Below the pieces are notes generated by a model, which did no database searches, was not told the DNA's origin, and saw only the letters and a list, made by a program, of their open reading frames with translations. From NCBI GenBank assembly GCA_035328465.1, contig DAOLIQ010000003.1, positions 3,976 through 67,975 of the forward strand: a DNA stretch of 64,000 bases. Reading direction: 5' to 3'. The number at the start of each line of letters is the position of its first letter. The first letter of the stretch is position 1. A program made the position numbers and the translations under genes. Below are positions 28,926 to 41,797 of the stretch, piece by piece. Source of the DNA: Ignavibacteriaceae bacterium (lineage in GTDB: Bacteria > Bacteroidota > Ignavibacteria > Ignavibacteriales > Ignavibacteriaceae).

Positions 28926-30389
28926 ATGAAGCAGGAAGAATATTTCTCATCAAGATGGACTTTAATAATTTCTACTATCGGCATTGCTGTGGGCACTGGA
29001 AACATTTGGAGATTTTCAAGAATTGTTGCACAGAACGGCGGTGGTTCTTTTTTAATACCCTGGGTGATATTTCTTCTTATTTGGTCTGTTCCATTAATAA
29101 TTGCGGAATTTGCACTTGGTAAACATACAAGATTTGGACCGCTTGGGGCGATAGCTAAAATTGCCGGTAAAAATTTTGGGTGGATGGGTGCTTACATCGT
29201 TCTCGTATCAACTGCAATAATGTTTTATTACTCAGTTGTTACGGGGTGGTGCCTTCGATATTTTATTTCAGCTGTTTCGGGAAATTTATTTGAAACAACA
29301 AACTACTTTTCTTACTGGAATGATTTTTCGTCGAGCATACAGCCAATGGTATTTCATCTCATCTCAATGCTGATAGTTGCATTTGTTGTCATTCGCGGTA
29401 TCACTAATGGAATTGAGAAAGTCAGCAAAATATTAATCCCCGCTTTGCTTGGAATTCTATTAATTTTATTTGTTCGTGCCGCTTCTCTTCCGAATGCTAT
29501 GGAAGGCATTAAGTATTTTTTTACTCCCGATTTAAATGCCATCATTGATTACAAAGTCTGGTTGAATGCTCTTACGCAAAACGCTTGGGATACAGGTGCC
29601 GGGTGGGGATTAATCCTGGCTTACGGTATTTATATGAGGAAAAAAGAAGACATAGCATTAAATGCTGCGTTAATCGGGTTTGGAAATAATTCTGTTTCCC
29701 TGCTCGCAGGCATTACAATATTCTCAACTGTCTTTGCACTTAGCTCGGTTGATGCAATGTCTCAGGTTTCCCAATCGGGTCCCGCAAATACGGGTTTAAC
29801 TTTTATTTACCTGCCGCTTCTCTTCTCAAAAATAACTTCTAGTAATTTGCTTAATATTTTTTTCGCGTCAATATTTTTTCTTGCATTATTTTTTGCTGCG
29901 GTCACTTCGCTTATTTCCATGGTTGAACTTGCTACAAGAACACTAATTGATTTCGGACTTTCGCGGAAGAGAGGATTAATAATTGTCGCTTCAATTGCCG
30001 CAGTAATGGGTGTTCCTTCTGCAATGAATACTGACTTACTAATAAATCAGGACTGGGTTTGGGGTGTGGGCTTAATTTTAAGCGGAGCTTTTATTTCTTT
30101 TTCAATTATTAAATATGGTGTTGATAAATTCAGAACTGAAATTATCAATGGAGCAGGTTGTGATGTAAAGATTGGGAAGTGGTTCAATTTTGTCATCTCA
30201 ATATTAATTCCATTTCAAGTTATAGTCCTCATTAGCTGGTGGCTGATATCCTCAACAAGTTGGGATCCTCAGTGGTATAATCCTTTTCATATTGAAAATG
30301 CAGGAACTGTGATTTTTCAATGGGTTATTGTTATTTCAATTCTGATTCTATTAAACAAAAAATTAGTTAAACAAACGCTCAGGGATTAG
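28926..30389 (+). CDS. Sodium-dependent transporter, neurotransmitter:sodium symporter (NSS/SNF) family
   Basis: N-terminal SRW..I.S..G.AVGTGNIWRF motif, ~11-12 TM helices, 487 aa. Confidence 0.9.
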   Translation: MKQEEYFSSRWTLIISTIGIAVGTGNIWRFSRIVAQNGGGSFLIPWVIFLLIWSVPLIIAEFALGKHTRFGPLGAIAKIAGKNFGWMGAYIVLVSTAIMFYYSVVTGWCLRYFISAVSGNLFETTNYFSYWNDFSSSIQPMVFHLISMLIVAFVVIRGITNGIEKVSKILIPALLGILLILFVRAASLPNAMEGIKYFFTPDLNAIIDYKVWLNALTQNAWDTGAGWGLILAYGIYMRKKEDIALNAALIGFGNNSVSLLAGITIFSTVFALSSVDAMSQVSQSGPANTGLTFIYLPLLFSKITSSNLLNIFFASIFFLALFFAAVTSLISMVELATRTLIDFGLSRKRGLIIVASIAAVMGVPSAMNTDLLINQDWVWGVGLILSGAFISFSIIKYGVDKFRTEIINGAGCDVKIGKWFNFVISILIPFQVIVLISWWLISSTSWDPQWYNPFHIENAGTVIFQWVIVISILILLNKKLVKQTLRD

Positions 30390-30392
30390 AGA

Positions 30393-30515
30393 ATGAGCTT
30401 AGCATCAATAATAACTTCAATTGTAGTAGTCGGAATAGTTTGGGGAGGGTTAACGTATTTCCTTGTTAAAGCGATAAAATATGAAAAGAAAAAACTAAGC
30501 GATGGCGAAAAGTAA
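30393..30515 (+). CDS. MetS-like small single-TM subunit of the NSS transporter (not in the ORF track)
   Basis: ATG at 30393, 3 nt after the NSS transporter stop. Encodes MSLASIITSIVVVGIVWGGLTYFLVKAIKYEKKKLSDGEK (40 aa): one TM helix with a VWGG motif and a basic tail. Overlaps the holA start by 14 nt. Confidence 0.7.
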   Translation: MSLASIITSIVVVGIVWGGLTYFLVKAIKYEKKKLSDGEK

Positions 30516-31521
30516 AATTACAGCACCTTCTGTGCTTGAAGCTATGCGACAAATTAAAAAGGGAACATTGCTCCCTCTTTATTATTTCTTTGGAGTTGAT
30601 GGATTTATTATCAATGAAGCATATCAGCTGCTCGAAAAAAAAATATCACCTTTGATCACCACAGAATTTGACAAGCAAGTTATTTATGCGAGCGATAAAT
30701 TATTAATCGATGTTTTAGATGCGGCATCTGCTTTCCCTTTTGGCTCGGATAAAAAATTTATTGTTGTAAAAGAAGCTGATAAATTAAAAGATAAAAAAGG
30801 ATTAGTTTCCTATTGTAAACAGCCCCCTTCGTTTACCACGCTTCTTTTTTTGCACAGTGGTGAAATTCCAAACCTGGATACCGAACCATTCCCTTCTTTA
30901 TATAGTTTAGGCTATTTATTTGAAGGGAAAGAATTAAAAGGGACGAATCTCATTGATTGGCTAATTGATCTTGCGGAATCAAAAGACCTCAAACTTTCTA
31001 ATGAAAATGCTCAAATGCTTGTAGATATTGTAGGTGAAAACAGATCAATGCTCGAGCTTCAATTTGAAAAATTCACTACTTTTCTCGGAGATAAAAAAGA
31101 AATATCTATCGAAACAATTACCGGACTTTCAACGGAACTAAAAGAATTCAATATTTTTGATTTATTGAATGCAATCGGCAAAAGAGAGAAAGCCAAAGCC
31201 CTAAAAATTGTAATGAACCTATATGAAAAAGAAAATGATCTCATCCCAATAGTAGCGATGTTGAATAAATATTTTACTGGCTTATTAAGATTAAATGAGA
31301 TGAAGGATAAAAAAATAGACTCGTTTACTCAAGCCAGAACTATCGGTACAAACCAATATTATCTAAAAGATTATGAAAGTGCCAGAAAAAATTTTTCTGA
31401 TTTTCAATTGTATAATGCAATTGAAGCAATTTTGAAAGCCGATGTTCAAATAAAAACTACTTCTACTGATGATAGAACTTTAGTGACTACCCTGATTACA
31501 GAAATTTTAGCAGAGAATTGA
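30502..31521 (+). CDS. holA: DNA polymerase III delta subunit
   Basis: 339 aa with an N-terminal YFFGVDGF..NEA pattern and overall HolA-like architecture. Confidence 0.8.
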   Translation: MAKSKITAPSVLEAMRQIKKGTLLPLYYFFGVDGFIINEAYQLLEKKISPLITTEFDKQVIYASDKLLIDVLDAASAFPFGSDKKFIVVKEADKLKDKKGLVSYCKQPPSFTTLLFLHSGEIPNLDTEPFPSLYSLGYLFEGKELKGTNLIDWLIDLAESKDLKLSNENAQMLVDIVGENRSMLELQFEKFTTFLGDKKEISIETITGLSTELKEFNIFDLLNAIGKREKAKALKIVMNLYEKENDLIPIVAMLNKYFTGLLRLNEMKDKKIDSFTQARTIGTNQYYLKDYESARKNFSDFQLYNAIEAILKADVQIKTTSTDDRTLVTTLITEILAEN

Positions 31522-31645
31522 TAAAGCCCAACTTTAGCAGTATAGCTTCGTAAATAATTTACAACGGTATTTTTACAATGAATTTGATTTTAATAATTTC
31601 TGCATATAAATGAAACAAATTGTGGAATGGAAAGTATAAACTCAG

Positions 31646-32233
31646 TTGATTGAAAAACCGTTAAACGAAAAAACTGACGAAGAATTGATTCTGGAATTTC
31701 AGTCTGATAATAATATTAAAGCATTTGAAATTCTTGTAGCAAGATATAAAAATCCATTAATGAATTATGTGTTCAGATTTCTTGGGAATTATGAATCATG
31801 TGCTGATGTAGTTCAGGAAACAATGATTAAAGTTTACAGATATAAGGATTCATACAGCGCAGTAGCAAAGTTCTCGACCTGGATCTACACCATAGCAGGT
31901 AACCTTGCAAGAACTGAATACCAGCGGCAGCGAAGAAGGAATCTTTTTTCGATTAACGATTATGGCGAGGAGCATGAAAATTTCGACATCCCTGATAATA
32001 GCTATAGGCCTGACGTGGCAACAGATTCCGGGATTAAAAACAAAATTATTCAAGATGCTCTCTTAAAAGTTTCCGCTTCATATCGTGAAGTTGTTATTCT
32101 CAGAGATATTCAAGAATTATCTTATGAAGAAATAGCCGAGATTAAGAAAATCTCTGTTGGAACCGTCAAATCAAAAATTAATCGCGGCAGAGCGCAGCTT
32201 CAAAAGCTGCTAAAAGGGATTTATAAGGAATGA
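31646..32233 (+). CDS. ECF-subfamily RNA polymerase sigma-70 factor
   Basis: Region 2 (DVVQETMIKVYR, FSTWIYTIAGNLA) and region 4 (REVVILRDIQELSYEEIAEIKKISVGTVKSKINRGR). TTG start. Confidence 0.9.
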   Translation: MIEKPLNEKTDEELILEFQSDNNIKAFEILVARYKNPLMNYVFRFLGNYESCADVVQETMIKVYRYKDSYSAVAKFSTWIYTIAGNLARTEYQRQRRRNLFSINDYGEEHENFDIPDNSYRPDVATDSGIKNKIIQDALLKVSASYREVVILRDIQELSYEEIAEIKKISVGTVKSKINRGRAQLQKLLKGIYKE

Positions 32234-32904
32234 TGATGGAAAGTGATGATTTAAAATATAAAGAAGTTATTGATTCTCTCAGAAATTTAAGAAAGATCCA
32301 GGTTCCCAATAACTTTGAAACTGACCTGATGAGAAAAATTAACAGCACTCAGGCGGAAAAGCAAAAATCATTATTTGATTTAATCTTTTCACCAGTGAAA
32401 CTCATCCCTTCAGCGGCTTTAATAGCAACCGCTGTAATATTAATCTTTGTCGTAAATAATCATTCAACTGAAATAGAAGACCCATTTTCAATTGAACCAA
32501 GGATGAGGGAAGATTTACTTATTAGCAATGTCCCAATAACTCTTTCTTCTGAATCAACCGATGATTTGAAAAAAGAGACAGAAGATATATCTACAACTGA
32601 TAAAAAGTCTTTGCCAGAATCCAAACCGTTCGAAAAAACAACTACCCCTTCAACATCAATTAAAACAGAAGATTCACAACTTCTGATTGGAAAAAATGAG
32701 GAAGAATATTCTCAGGAAAATGATGAGTTAGTTACTTCAACCATTCCAAGTAAAGATTCTAAAAGTTCCTCAATTCCAAAACCCAATTTAAATTTCAAAC
32801 AAATTAAATTAACAGACTCCAGTCGGATAGAAATTGCAAAATTGAAGGAAAACGTACATAAATATCTTAATATTGAAAAAAAAGTTGAGCGAAAAACTGA
32901 TTGA
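32230..32904 (+). CDS. Putative anti-sigma factor (single TM helix, S/T/E/K-rich extracytoplasmic tail)
   Basis: ATGA overlap with the sigma gene, a short cytoplasmic N-terminus, TM helix LIPSAALIATAVILIFVV and a low-complexity C-terminus. Assigned by context only. Confidence 0.55.
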   Translation: MMMESDDLKYKEVIDSLRNLRKIQVPNNFETDLMRKINSTQAEKQKSLFDLIFSPVKLIPSAALIATAVILIFVVNNHSTEIEDPFSIEPRMREDLLISNVPITLSSESTDDLKKETEDISTTDKKSLPESKPFEKTTTPSTSIKTEDSQLLIGKNEEEYSQENDELVTSTIPSKDSKSSSIPKPNLNFKQIKLTDSSRIEIAKLKENVHKYLNIEKKVERKTD

Positions 32905-32978
32905 TTAGATTGGAATTAAATGCGGAGTTTCATATATTTTGTTTCAAATTTTAAGTAAATTTAACAGGTATAGCAAAG

Positions 32979-33230
32979 ATGAAAAAAGGGATTCACCCCG
33001 ATTATAAACCAGTTGTATTTCAAGATGTGTCTTGTGATTTTTCAATTTTAACACGTTCAACTATTCGAACATCTGACACAATAGTTTGGAAAGACGGCAA
33101 AACTTATCCATTAGTGAAGCTTGAAATTTCGAGCGGCTCCCATCCATTTTTTACAGGCAAACAAAAACTATTGGATTCTGCTGGTAGAGTTGAAAAGTTC
33201 AAAAAAAAATATTCCAAAAAAGAAGCTTAA
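32979..33230 (+). CDS. rpmE2: 50S ribosomal protein L31, type B (no CxxC zinc ribbon)
   Basis: MKKGIHPDY...HPFFTGKQK...[10 protein letters not shown]; 83 aa; lacks the CxxC pair. Confidence 0.93.
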   Translation: MKKGIHPDYKPVVFQDVSCDFSILTRSTIRTSDTIVWKDGKTYPLVKLEISSGSHPFFTGKQKLLDSAGRVEKFKKKYSKKEA

Positions 33231-33251
33231 TTTTTAACATTTGGGATTTAA

Positions 33252-33282
33252 GAAGCCAGTTCATTCTGGCTTTTTTTATTTT
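33252..33282 (+). terminator. Rho-independent terminator after L31
   Basis: AAGCCAG-TTCATT-CTGGCTT stem-loop followed by TTTTTTATTTT. Confidence 0.8.
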
Positions 33283-33376
33283 AGGGTAAATAATTTTTTC
33301 GTCATATCCTTAAGAAGAAAATTTTACTAAAATGTTGTAAATTATTTAGAAGTAATTATTGATTAAATAAAAGTCC

Positions 33377-34639
33377 ATGCAAATCTGCATTTTCGAAGAT
33401 ATAAACGTTTATAAACTGAACCCGCTTGTTTATCCAAGACCGGTTTATGACCTCTTTGCCGGAACTTCTTCACTAAAAGACAAAATCTTATCGGCTTATC
33501 CTAACACTAGTTTTACTCTTCATTGCAGACCATATTTAGAGGGTGTGGTAAAACAAAATAATCCTAATGCCTCGGTCAATTCTATCGAATCAGATGAATG
33601 CCTATTCATAAACGGGAGGTTAATCGCTCCTCCGAATCTTAATGAAATAATTCCCCTCGTTTCAGGCGTTGATAAGATTTATGTAAATGGAGAAACAGTG
33701 ATCGCAGCACGGGTAAGCGGGAAAAAATTATCCTACCTCAAGAATTTCAAAAGAGATTTATTTGAACTTTCACATTTTGAAGGGTTGCCAATTGAGCTTG
33801 TGAATATAAAGACAGCCCAGTACCCCTGGGAACTAATTACTGCAAATGGGAAATTAATTAATGAAGAATTTGAGAAATTAAAATTTTCTGGAAAGGAAAA
33901 TTATTTTGCCTACAAACTATACGACGGCGCTCATTTAATTGAAAATGAAAATATTATTATTGGCGCAGGCAGCAAAATAAAACCCGGCGCAGTGCTCGAT
34001 GCTTCCAACGGATCGATTATTATTCAGGAAGAAGTTGATATTTCACCTAACGCTGTTATTGAGGGACCGGCTTTTATTGGGAAAAAATCGAAGGTGAAAA
34101 GCGGGGCATATATTTATGAAAATGTATCCATCGGTCACACTTGTAAAGTCGGTGGTGAAATTGAAGAATCCATTTTCATGCCATATTCAAATAAACAGCA
34201 CTCAGGATTTATCGGGCATTCTTATCTTGGAAGCTGGGTTAATCTTGGCGCAAATACGAACTGCAGTGACCTCAAAAACAATTACAGCAAAGTTACGGTG
34301 AAAATAAATAATGAGCCTGTTGACACCGGATTGCAGTTCGTGGGGCTAATTATTGGTGACCATTCCAAAACCGGAATCAACACAATGCTGAATACTGGAA
34401 CAATAGCGGGGTTCTGCAGCAACCTTTTCGGTGCCGGATTCCCTGCAAAATTTATCCCTTCGTTTTCTTGGGGTGGGGGTGATTCTTTTGTTGAATATGA
34501 AATCAGTAAAGCTATTGAAACTGCCAAAATTGTTTGCAAGCGTAGAAACGTGACTTTAACAAGTACCGATGAAATTATGATTAGAAAAGTATTTGATCTA
34601 ACTGCTCAAGAAAGAATTAATTTGAAAGTGAAGGTTTAA
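33377..34639 (+). CDS. Putative sugar nucleotidyltransferase with a left-handed beta-helix (GlmU-like, hexapeptide repeats)
   Basis: 420 aa. The C-terminal half shows hexapeptide-repeat periodicity (IGAGSKI.PGAVLD..NGSIII, IGHTCKVGGEIE, GSWVNLGANT). Confidence 0.65.
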   Translation: MQICIFEDINVYKLNPLVYPRPVYDLFAGTSSLKDKILSAYPNTSFTLHCRPYLEGVVKQNNPNASVNSIESDECLFINGRLIAPPNLNEIIPLVSGVDKIYVNGETVIAARVSGKKLSYLKNFKRDLFELSHFEGLPIELVNIKTAQYPWELITANGKLINEEFEKLKFSGKENYFAYKLYDGAHLIENENIIIGAGSKIKPGAVLDASNGSIIIQEEVDISPNAVIEGPAFIGKKSKVKSGAYIYENVSIGHTCKVGGEIEESIFMPYSNKQHSGFIGHSYLGSWVNLGANTNCSDLKNNYSKVTVKINNEPVDTGLQFVGLIIGDHSKTGINTMLNTGTIAGFCSNLFGAGFPAKFIPSFSWGGGDSFVEYEISKAIETAKIVCKRRNVTLTSTDEIMIRKVFDLTAQERINLKVKV

Positions 34640-34641
34640 AA

Positions 34642-36003
34642 GTGCTGCTTGAAGAACATAAAGTCGAACATCTCTACGAAGGCGTACGTGGATTAGCAGT
34701 AAAAATACTTAATAGGGTAGAAAGAACCGATTCCTACCTTGAGCGATTGCTCGACAATGAAATGCGCAATTCCGAATTAGGCGGGGCAGACAAAGCCTTA
34801 CTCTATGAAATTACTCACGGAGTTACAAGGTGGATGGGAAGACTTGATTGGATATTAAATGGGTTTTACAAAGGACAATTCTCCAAAGCAATTCCTAATC
34901 TTAAGAATGGTTTAAGAGTTGCGCTTTATCAGATACTATTTCTCGACAGAATTCCTGATCACGCTGCTGTGAATGAAGCGGTTGAGTTCGTTAAAAAATT
35001 ACAGGGACAAAAGCCTGCTGACTTCACAAATGCTATTTTAAGAAATATTATCCGAAGTAAAACTGCCATTAGATATCCTGATCCGGAAGAGGACTTAGTT
35101 GGGTATTTCACAGCTTATTTATCACACCCCTCCTGGATGGTAAAAAGATATATTCAACGATTTGGAAGAAATGATACCGAAAAACTTTTAAATGCTAATA
35201 ATGAAAAACCATATCTCACTCTCAGAATAAATGCACTTAAAGCTACACCCGAGGAATTTGCTTTACTCATGAATTCTGTAAACCTAAAATTTTCTCAGGG
35301 AATTTATCTGCCCGAATTTTTCAAACTTCAGAACCTGACTAATATAACGGGATGGGAATATTTTAATAAAGGATATTTTAATATTCAGGATGAAAGCGCG
35401 GGACTTGCCTGCCGGCTGCTTGATGTTAGAGAAGATATGAGAGTGCTTGACCTGTGCGCTGCCCCTGGGGGTAAAACTGCTTATCTCGCATCCATTATGA
35501 AAGATAAAGGAGAAATTGTTGCAGTAGATAAATATGAAAGCAGATTAAATTTAGTCAGAAAGAATTTGACAAGGCTCGAAGTTAAATCAGTTAAAACTAT
35601 CGAAGCCGATGCACTCGAATTTACTGACCAGCCATTTGACCGTGTATTAGCAGATGTTCCCTGCTCTGGAACCGGGACACTCTCTAAAAAACCGGATATT
35701 AAATGGAAGAAAAATATTTTTGATATAAGGGCTAACACCGAATTACAATACAATATTCTTCTGAAAGCTGCTTCGCTGGTTAAGGTGGGTGGAGTTGTAG
35801 TTTACAGCACTTGTTCTATCGAGCCGGAAGAGAACTTTGATTTGGTAAAAAGATTCTTAGAGAATAATCCTGATTTTGAATTTGAATCTGCAAAAGATAG
35901 ATTTCCCGCTGAACTCGTTGATGAGAATGGCTGCATACAAACTCTACCCCATATTCACCAACTGGATGGGGCTTTTGCAGCAAAATTAATTCGAAGAAAG
36001 TAA
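34642..36003 (+). CDS. rsmB: 16S rRNA (cytosine967-C5)-methyltransferase
   Basis: NusB-like N-terminal domain, SAM motif LDLCAAPGGKT, catalytic DVPCSGTG and YSTCSIEPEEN. GTG start. Confidence 0.9.
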   Translation: MLLEEHKVEHLYEGVRGLAVKILNRVERTDSYLERLLDNEMRNSELGGADKALLYEITHGVTRWMGRLDWILNGFYKGQFSKAIPNLKNGLRVALYQILFLDRIPDHAAVNEAVEFVKKLQGQKPADFTNAILRNIIRSKTAIRYPDPEEDLVGYFTAYLSHPSWMVKRYIQRFGRNDTEKLLNANNEKPYLTLRINALKATPEEFALLMNSVNLKFSQGIYLPEFFKLQNLTNITGWEYFNKGYFNIQDESAGLACRLLDVREDMRVLDLCAAPGGKTAYLASIMKDKGEIVAVDKYESRLNLVRKNLTRLEVKSVKTIEADALEFTDQPFDRVLADVPCSGTGTLSKKPDIKWKKNIFDIRANTELQYNILLKAASLVKVGGVVVYSTCSIEPEENFDLVKRFLENNPDFEFESAKDRFPAELVDENGCIQTLPHIHQLDGAFAAKLIRRK

Positions 36004-36006
36004 AAT

Positions 36007-39444
<3,438 letters not shown>

Positions 39445-39453
39445 GGATTTACA

Positions 39454-39807
39454 ATGAATTATGAGATAAAAAAAGTAGAAGACATCACAATCTTTAAATT
39501 GAATGAAAAACGGCTTGACACAAATATTTCAGGGCTGTTGAAAGGGGAATTTACAATTTTATTAAAAGTGGAAGGTGTAAAAAAATTAATCCTTGATTTA
39601 GCAGAAGTAGAATCTTGTGACAGTTCGGGTTTGAGTGCAATACTTGTTGGCAATCGAATTATTCATTCGAACGAGGGAAGTATGCGTATAGCTTCTCCTT
39701 CCGAAAAAGTGTTATCATTAATCAAAATTACACAGCTTGATCGTGTGCTTCCTGTTTGTTCTACTGTTGATGACGCGATGGCAGAATTGCATGACGAGCA
39801 GGATTGA
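39454..39807 (+). CDS. STAS-domain protein (anti-sigma-factor antagonist-like)
   Basis: 117 aa. LDL..V...DSSGLSAIL resembles the SpoIIAA/RsbV phosphoserine loop (DSSGL). Confidence 0.8.
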   Translation: MNYEIKKVEDITIFKLNEKRLDTNISGLLKGEFTILLKVEGVKKLILDLAEVESCDSSGLSAILVGNRIIHSNEGSMRIASPSEKVLSLIKITQLDRVLPVCSTVDDAMAELHDEQD

Positions 39808-39937
39808 GTACTTCCACTTGACCTTTCTCTAAATATTAATTGTTAAAATCAGCTTCCTTTTATTTAGTCGGAGGTAAGTTGAATCATTAATCTACTGCTT
39901 TTATTGGGGGGCATATCTAAAACTTTAATTATTATCG

Positions 39938-41704
39938 ATGAAACTACTTTACAATTACTTAAAGAACTATAACAAGCTGATTTTGACTTCATTATTGCTT
40001 GCTTCGATAAATCAGATTTTCTCCATGCTTGATCCCTGGATTTACAGAATTGTAATTGACAATTATGCAACAAAGTTTGAGCACTATACAGTAAGTGAAT
40101 TTATTAGCGGTGTGTTGCTATTGCTCGCCGCTGCTGTTGGTGTTGCATTCGTTTCACGTGTGGCAAAAAACTTTCAAGATTATTATTTAAATGTAATAAC
40201 GCAAAAACTCGGAGCAAAAATTTATTCTGATGGAATTAAGCACTCCCTCCTTTTACCTTATTCTGAGTTTGAAGACCAGCGAAGCGGAACGACACTTGGA
40301 GTTTTGCAAAAAGTTAGAACTGATGTTGAGAAATTAATTTCTGCCTCTGTAAACACTTTATTTACCACTCTTGTTGGCGTTGTGTTTGTTACTGTTTATG
40401 CAATAAATGTTCACTGGCTTATAGCCCCGGTTTTCTTCTCAGCAATACCAATACTTGGCTTTATTAGTTCTGTATTGAGTAAAAAAATTAAGGGGATTCA
40501 AAAAATAATTGTTGGTGAAACAACAGCACTGGCAGGCTCTACTACTGAATCATTAAGAAATATCGAGCTGGTAAAAAGTCTCGGTCTCGGAAATCAGGAA
40601 ATCAACAGACTAAACTTGACAACTGAAAAAATACTTGGCTTAGAATTAAAGAAGGTTAAATATATTCGGTCACTTAGTTTTATTCAGGGTACGGTTGTTA
40701 ACTTCATCCGAACTTCGATAATATTTTTGTTGTTGTATTTAATTTTTGTCAAAGAAATTTCTGTTGGTGAATTCTTTTCATTATTTATCTACTCATTTTT
40801 CCTATTTGGACCGTTGCAAAGTTTGGGTGAGATAATAAACATTTACCGCGAAGCAGAAGTATCTTTAAATAATTTTGAAGAATTATTAAATAAACCAATC
40901 GAATCAAAACCACAGGAGCCTGTAAAACTGGGTGAAATTAAGTCTCTGCAATTCGATAGAGTTTTATTTAAACATCAATCATCCAATCGAAATGCTATTA
41001 ATAGTATTTCTTTTTCTGTTAAAAAAGGAGAAACAATCGCTTTCGTTGGTCCATCAGGCTCCGGTAAAACAACATTGGTGAAATTACTAGTGGGACTTTA
41101 CTCCCCTTTGCAAGGAAAAATATTTTATAATGATTTTTCCGGTGACCAGATTGACTTTGATGAATTCAGAGAACGAATTGGTTTTGTTACACAAGATACC
41201 CAATTGTTTTCAGGAACGATTAGAGAAAATCTTTTATTTGTTAATCCGATTGCAAGCGACAATGATTGTTTGCAAGTATTAGAAAAAGCCGCCGCACAAG
41301 GATTATTGAACAGGGCAGAAAAAGGATTGGATACTTTAATCGGTGAAGGTGGAGTTAAAGTTTCCGGCGGCGAAAAACAAAGACTTTCAATTGCACGTGC
41401 ACTATTGCGTCACCCCAGCCTGCTTGTATTTGACGAGGCTACATCGGCTTTAGACTCTTTAACTGAAGAAGAAATCAATAAAACTATCAGAGAAATTTCA
41501 CATAGTAAAGATCTAATAACAATATTGATAGCGCACAGACTCTCTACAGTAATGCACTCGGATAAAATCTTTGTTCTCGAAAGAGGTAAAATTATTGAGT
41601 CGGGGAATCATGAAGAACTATTAGAATTAAAAGGATTATATTTCGCAATGTGGCGGCAGCAGATCGGAGAAGCTGAAAGTTCATTTAATAATTACTTAAA
41701 CTAA
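39938..41704 (+). CDS. ABC exporter, fused permease/ATPase (MsbA-like)
   Basis: Six-TM N-terminal domain, Walker A GPSGSGKTT, signature VSGGEKQRLSIARA, Walker B LLVFDEATSALD. Confidence 0.92.
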   Translation: MKLLYNYLKNYNKLILTSLLLASINQIFSMLDPWIYRIVIDNYATKFEHYTVSEFISGVLLLLAAAVGVAFVSRVAKNFQDYYLNVITQKLGAKIYSDGIKHSLLLPYSEFEDQRSGTTLGVLQKVRTDVEKLISASVNTLFTTLVGVVFVTVYAINVHWLIAPVFFSAIPILGFISSVLSKKIKGIQKIIVGETTALAGSTTESLRNIELVKSLGLGNQEINRLNLTTEKILGLELKKVKYIRSLSFIQGTVVNFIRTSIIFLLLYLIFVKEISVGEFFSLFIYSFFLFGPLQSLGEIINIYREAEVSLNNFEELLNKPIESKPQEPVKLGEIKSLQFDRVLFKHQSSNRNAINSISFSVKKGETIAFVGPSGSGKTTLVKLLVGLYSPLQGKIFYNDFSGDQIDFDEFRERIGFVTQDTQLFSGTIRENLLFVNPIASDNDCLQVLEKAAAQGLLNRAEKGLDTLIGEGGVKVSGGEKQRLSIARALLRHPSLLVFDEATSALDSLTEEEINKTIREISHSKDLITILIAHRLSTVMHSDKIFVLERGKIIESGNHEELLELKGLYFAMWRQQIGEAESSFNNYLN

Positions 41705-41797
41705 ATCCTGAGAATTCCACTAATCAATTATTAAATTTCAATGCAGTTTTCTAATTATCATTAAAAAAATTATTATAACTTATTCTTTTGAGTAAAA

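Noticed and set aside
28580-29005. 141-aa minus-strand ORF across the cyclophilin and NSS transporter genes
   Set aside because: It is antisense to the highly conserved cyclophilin core. The Pro/Ser-rich translation is typical of a shadow frame.
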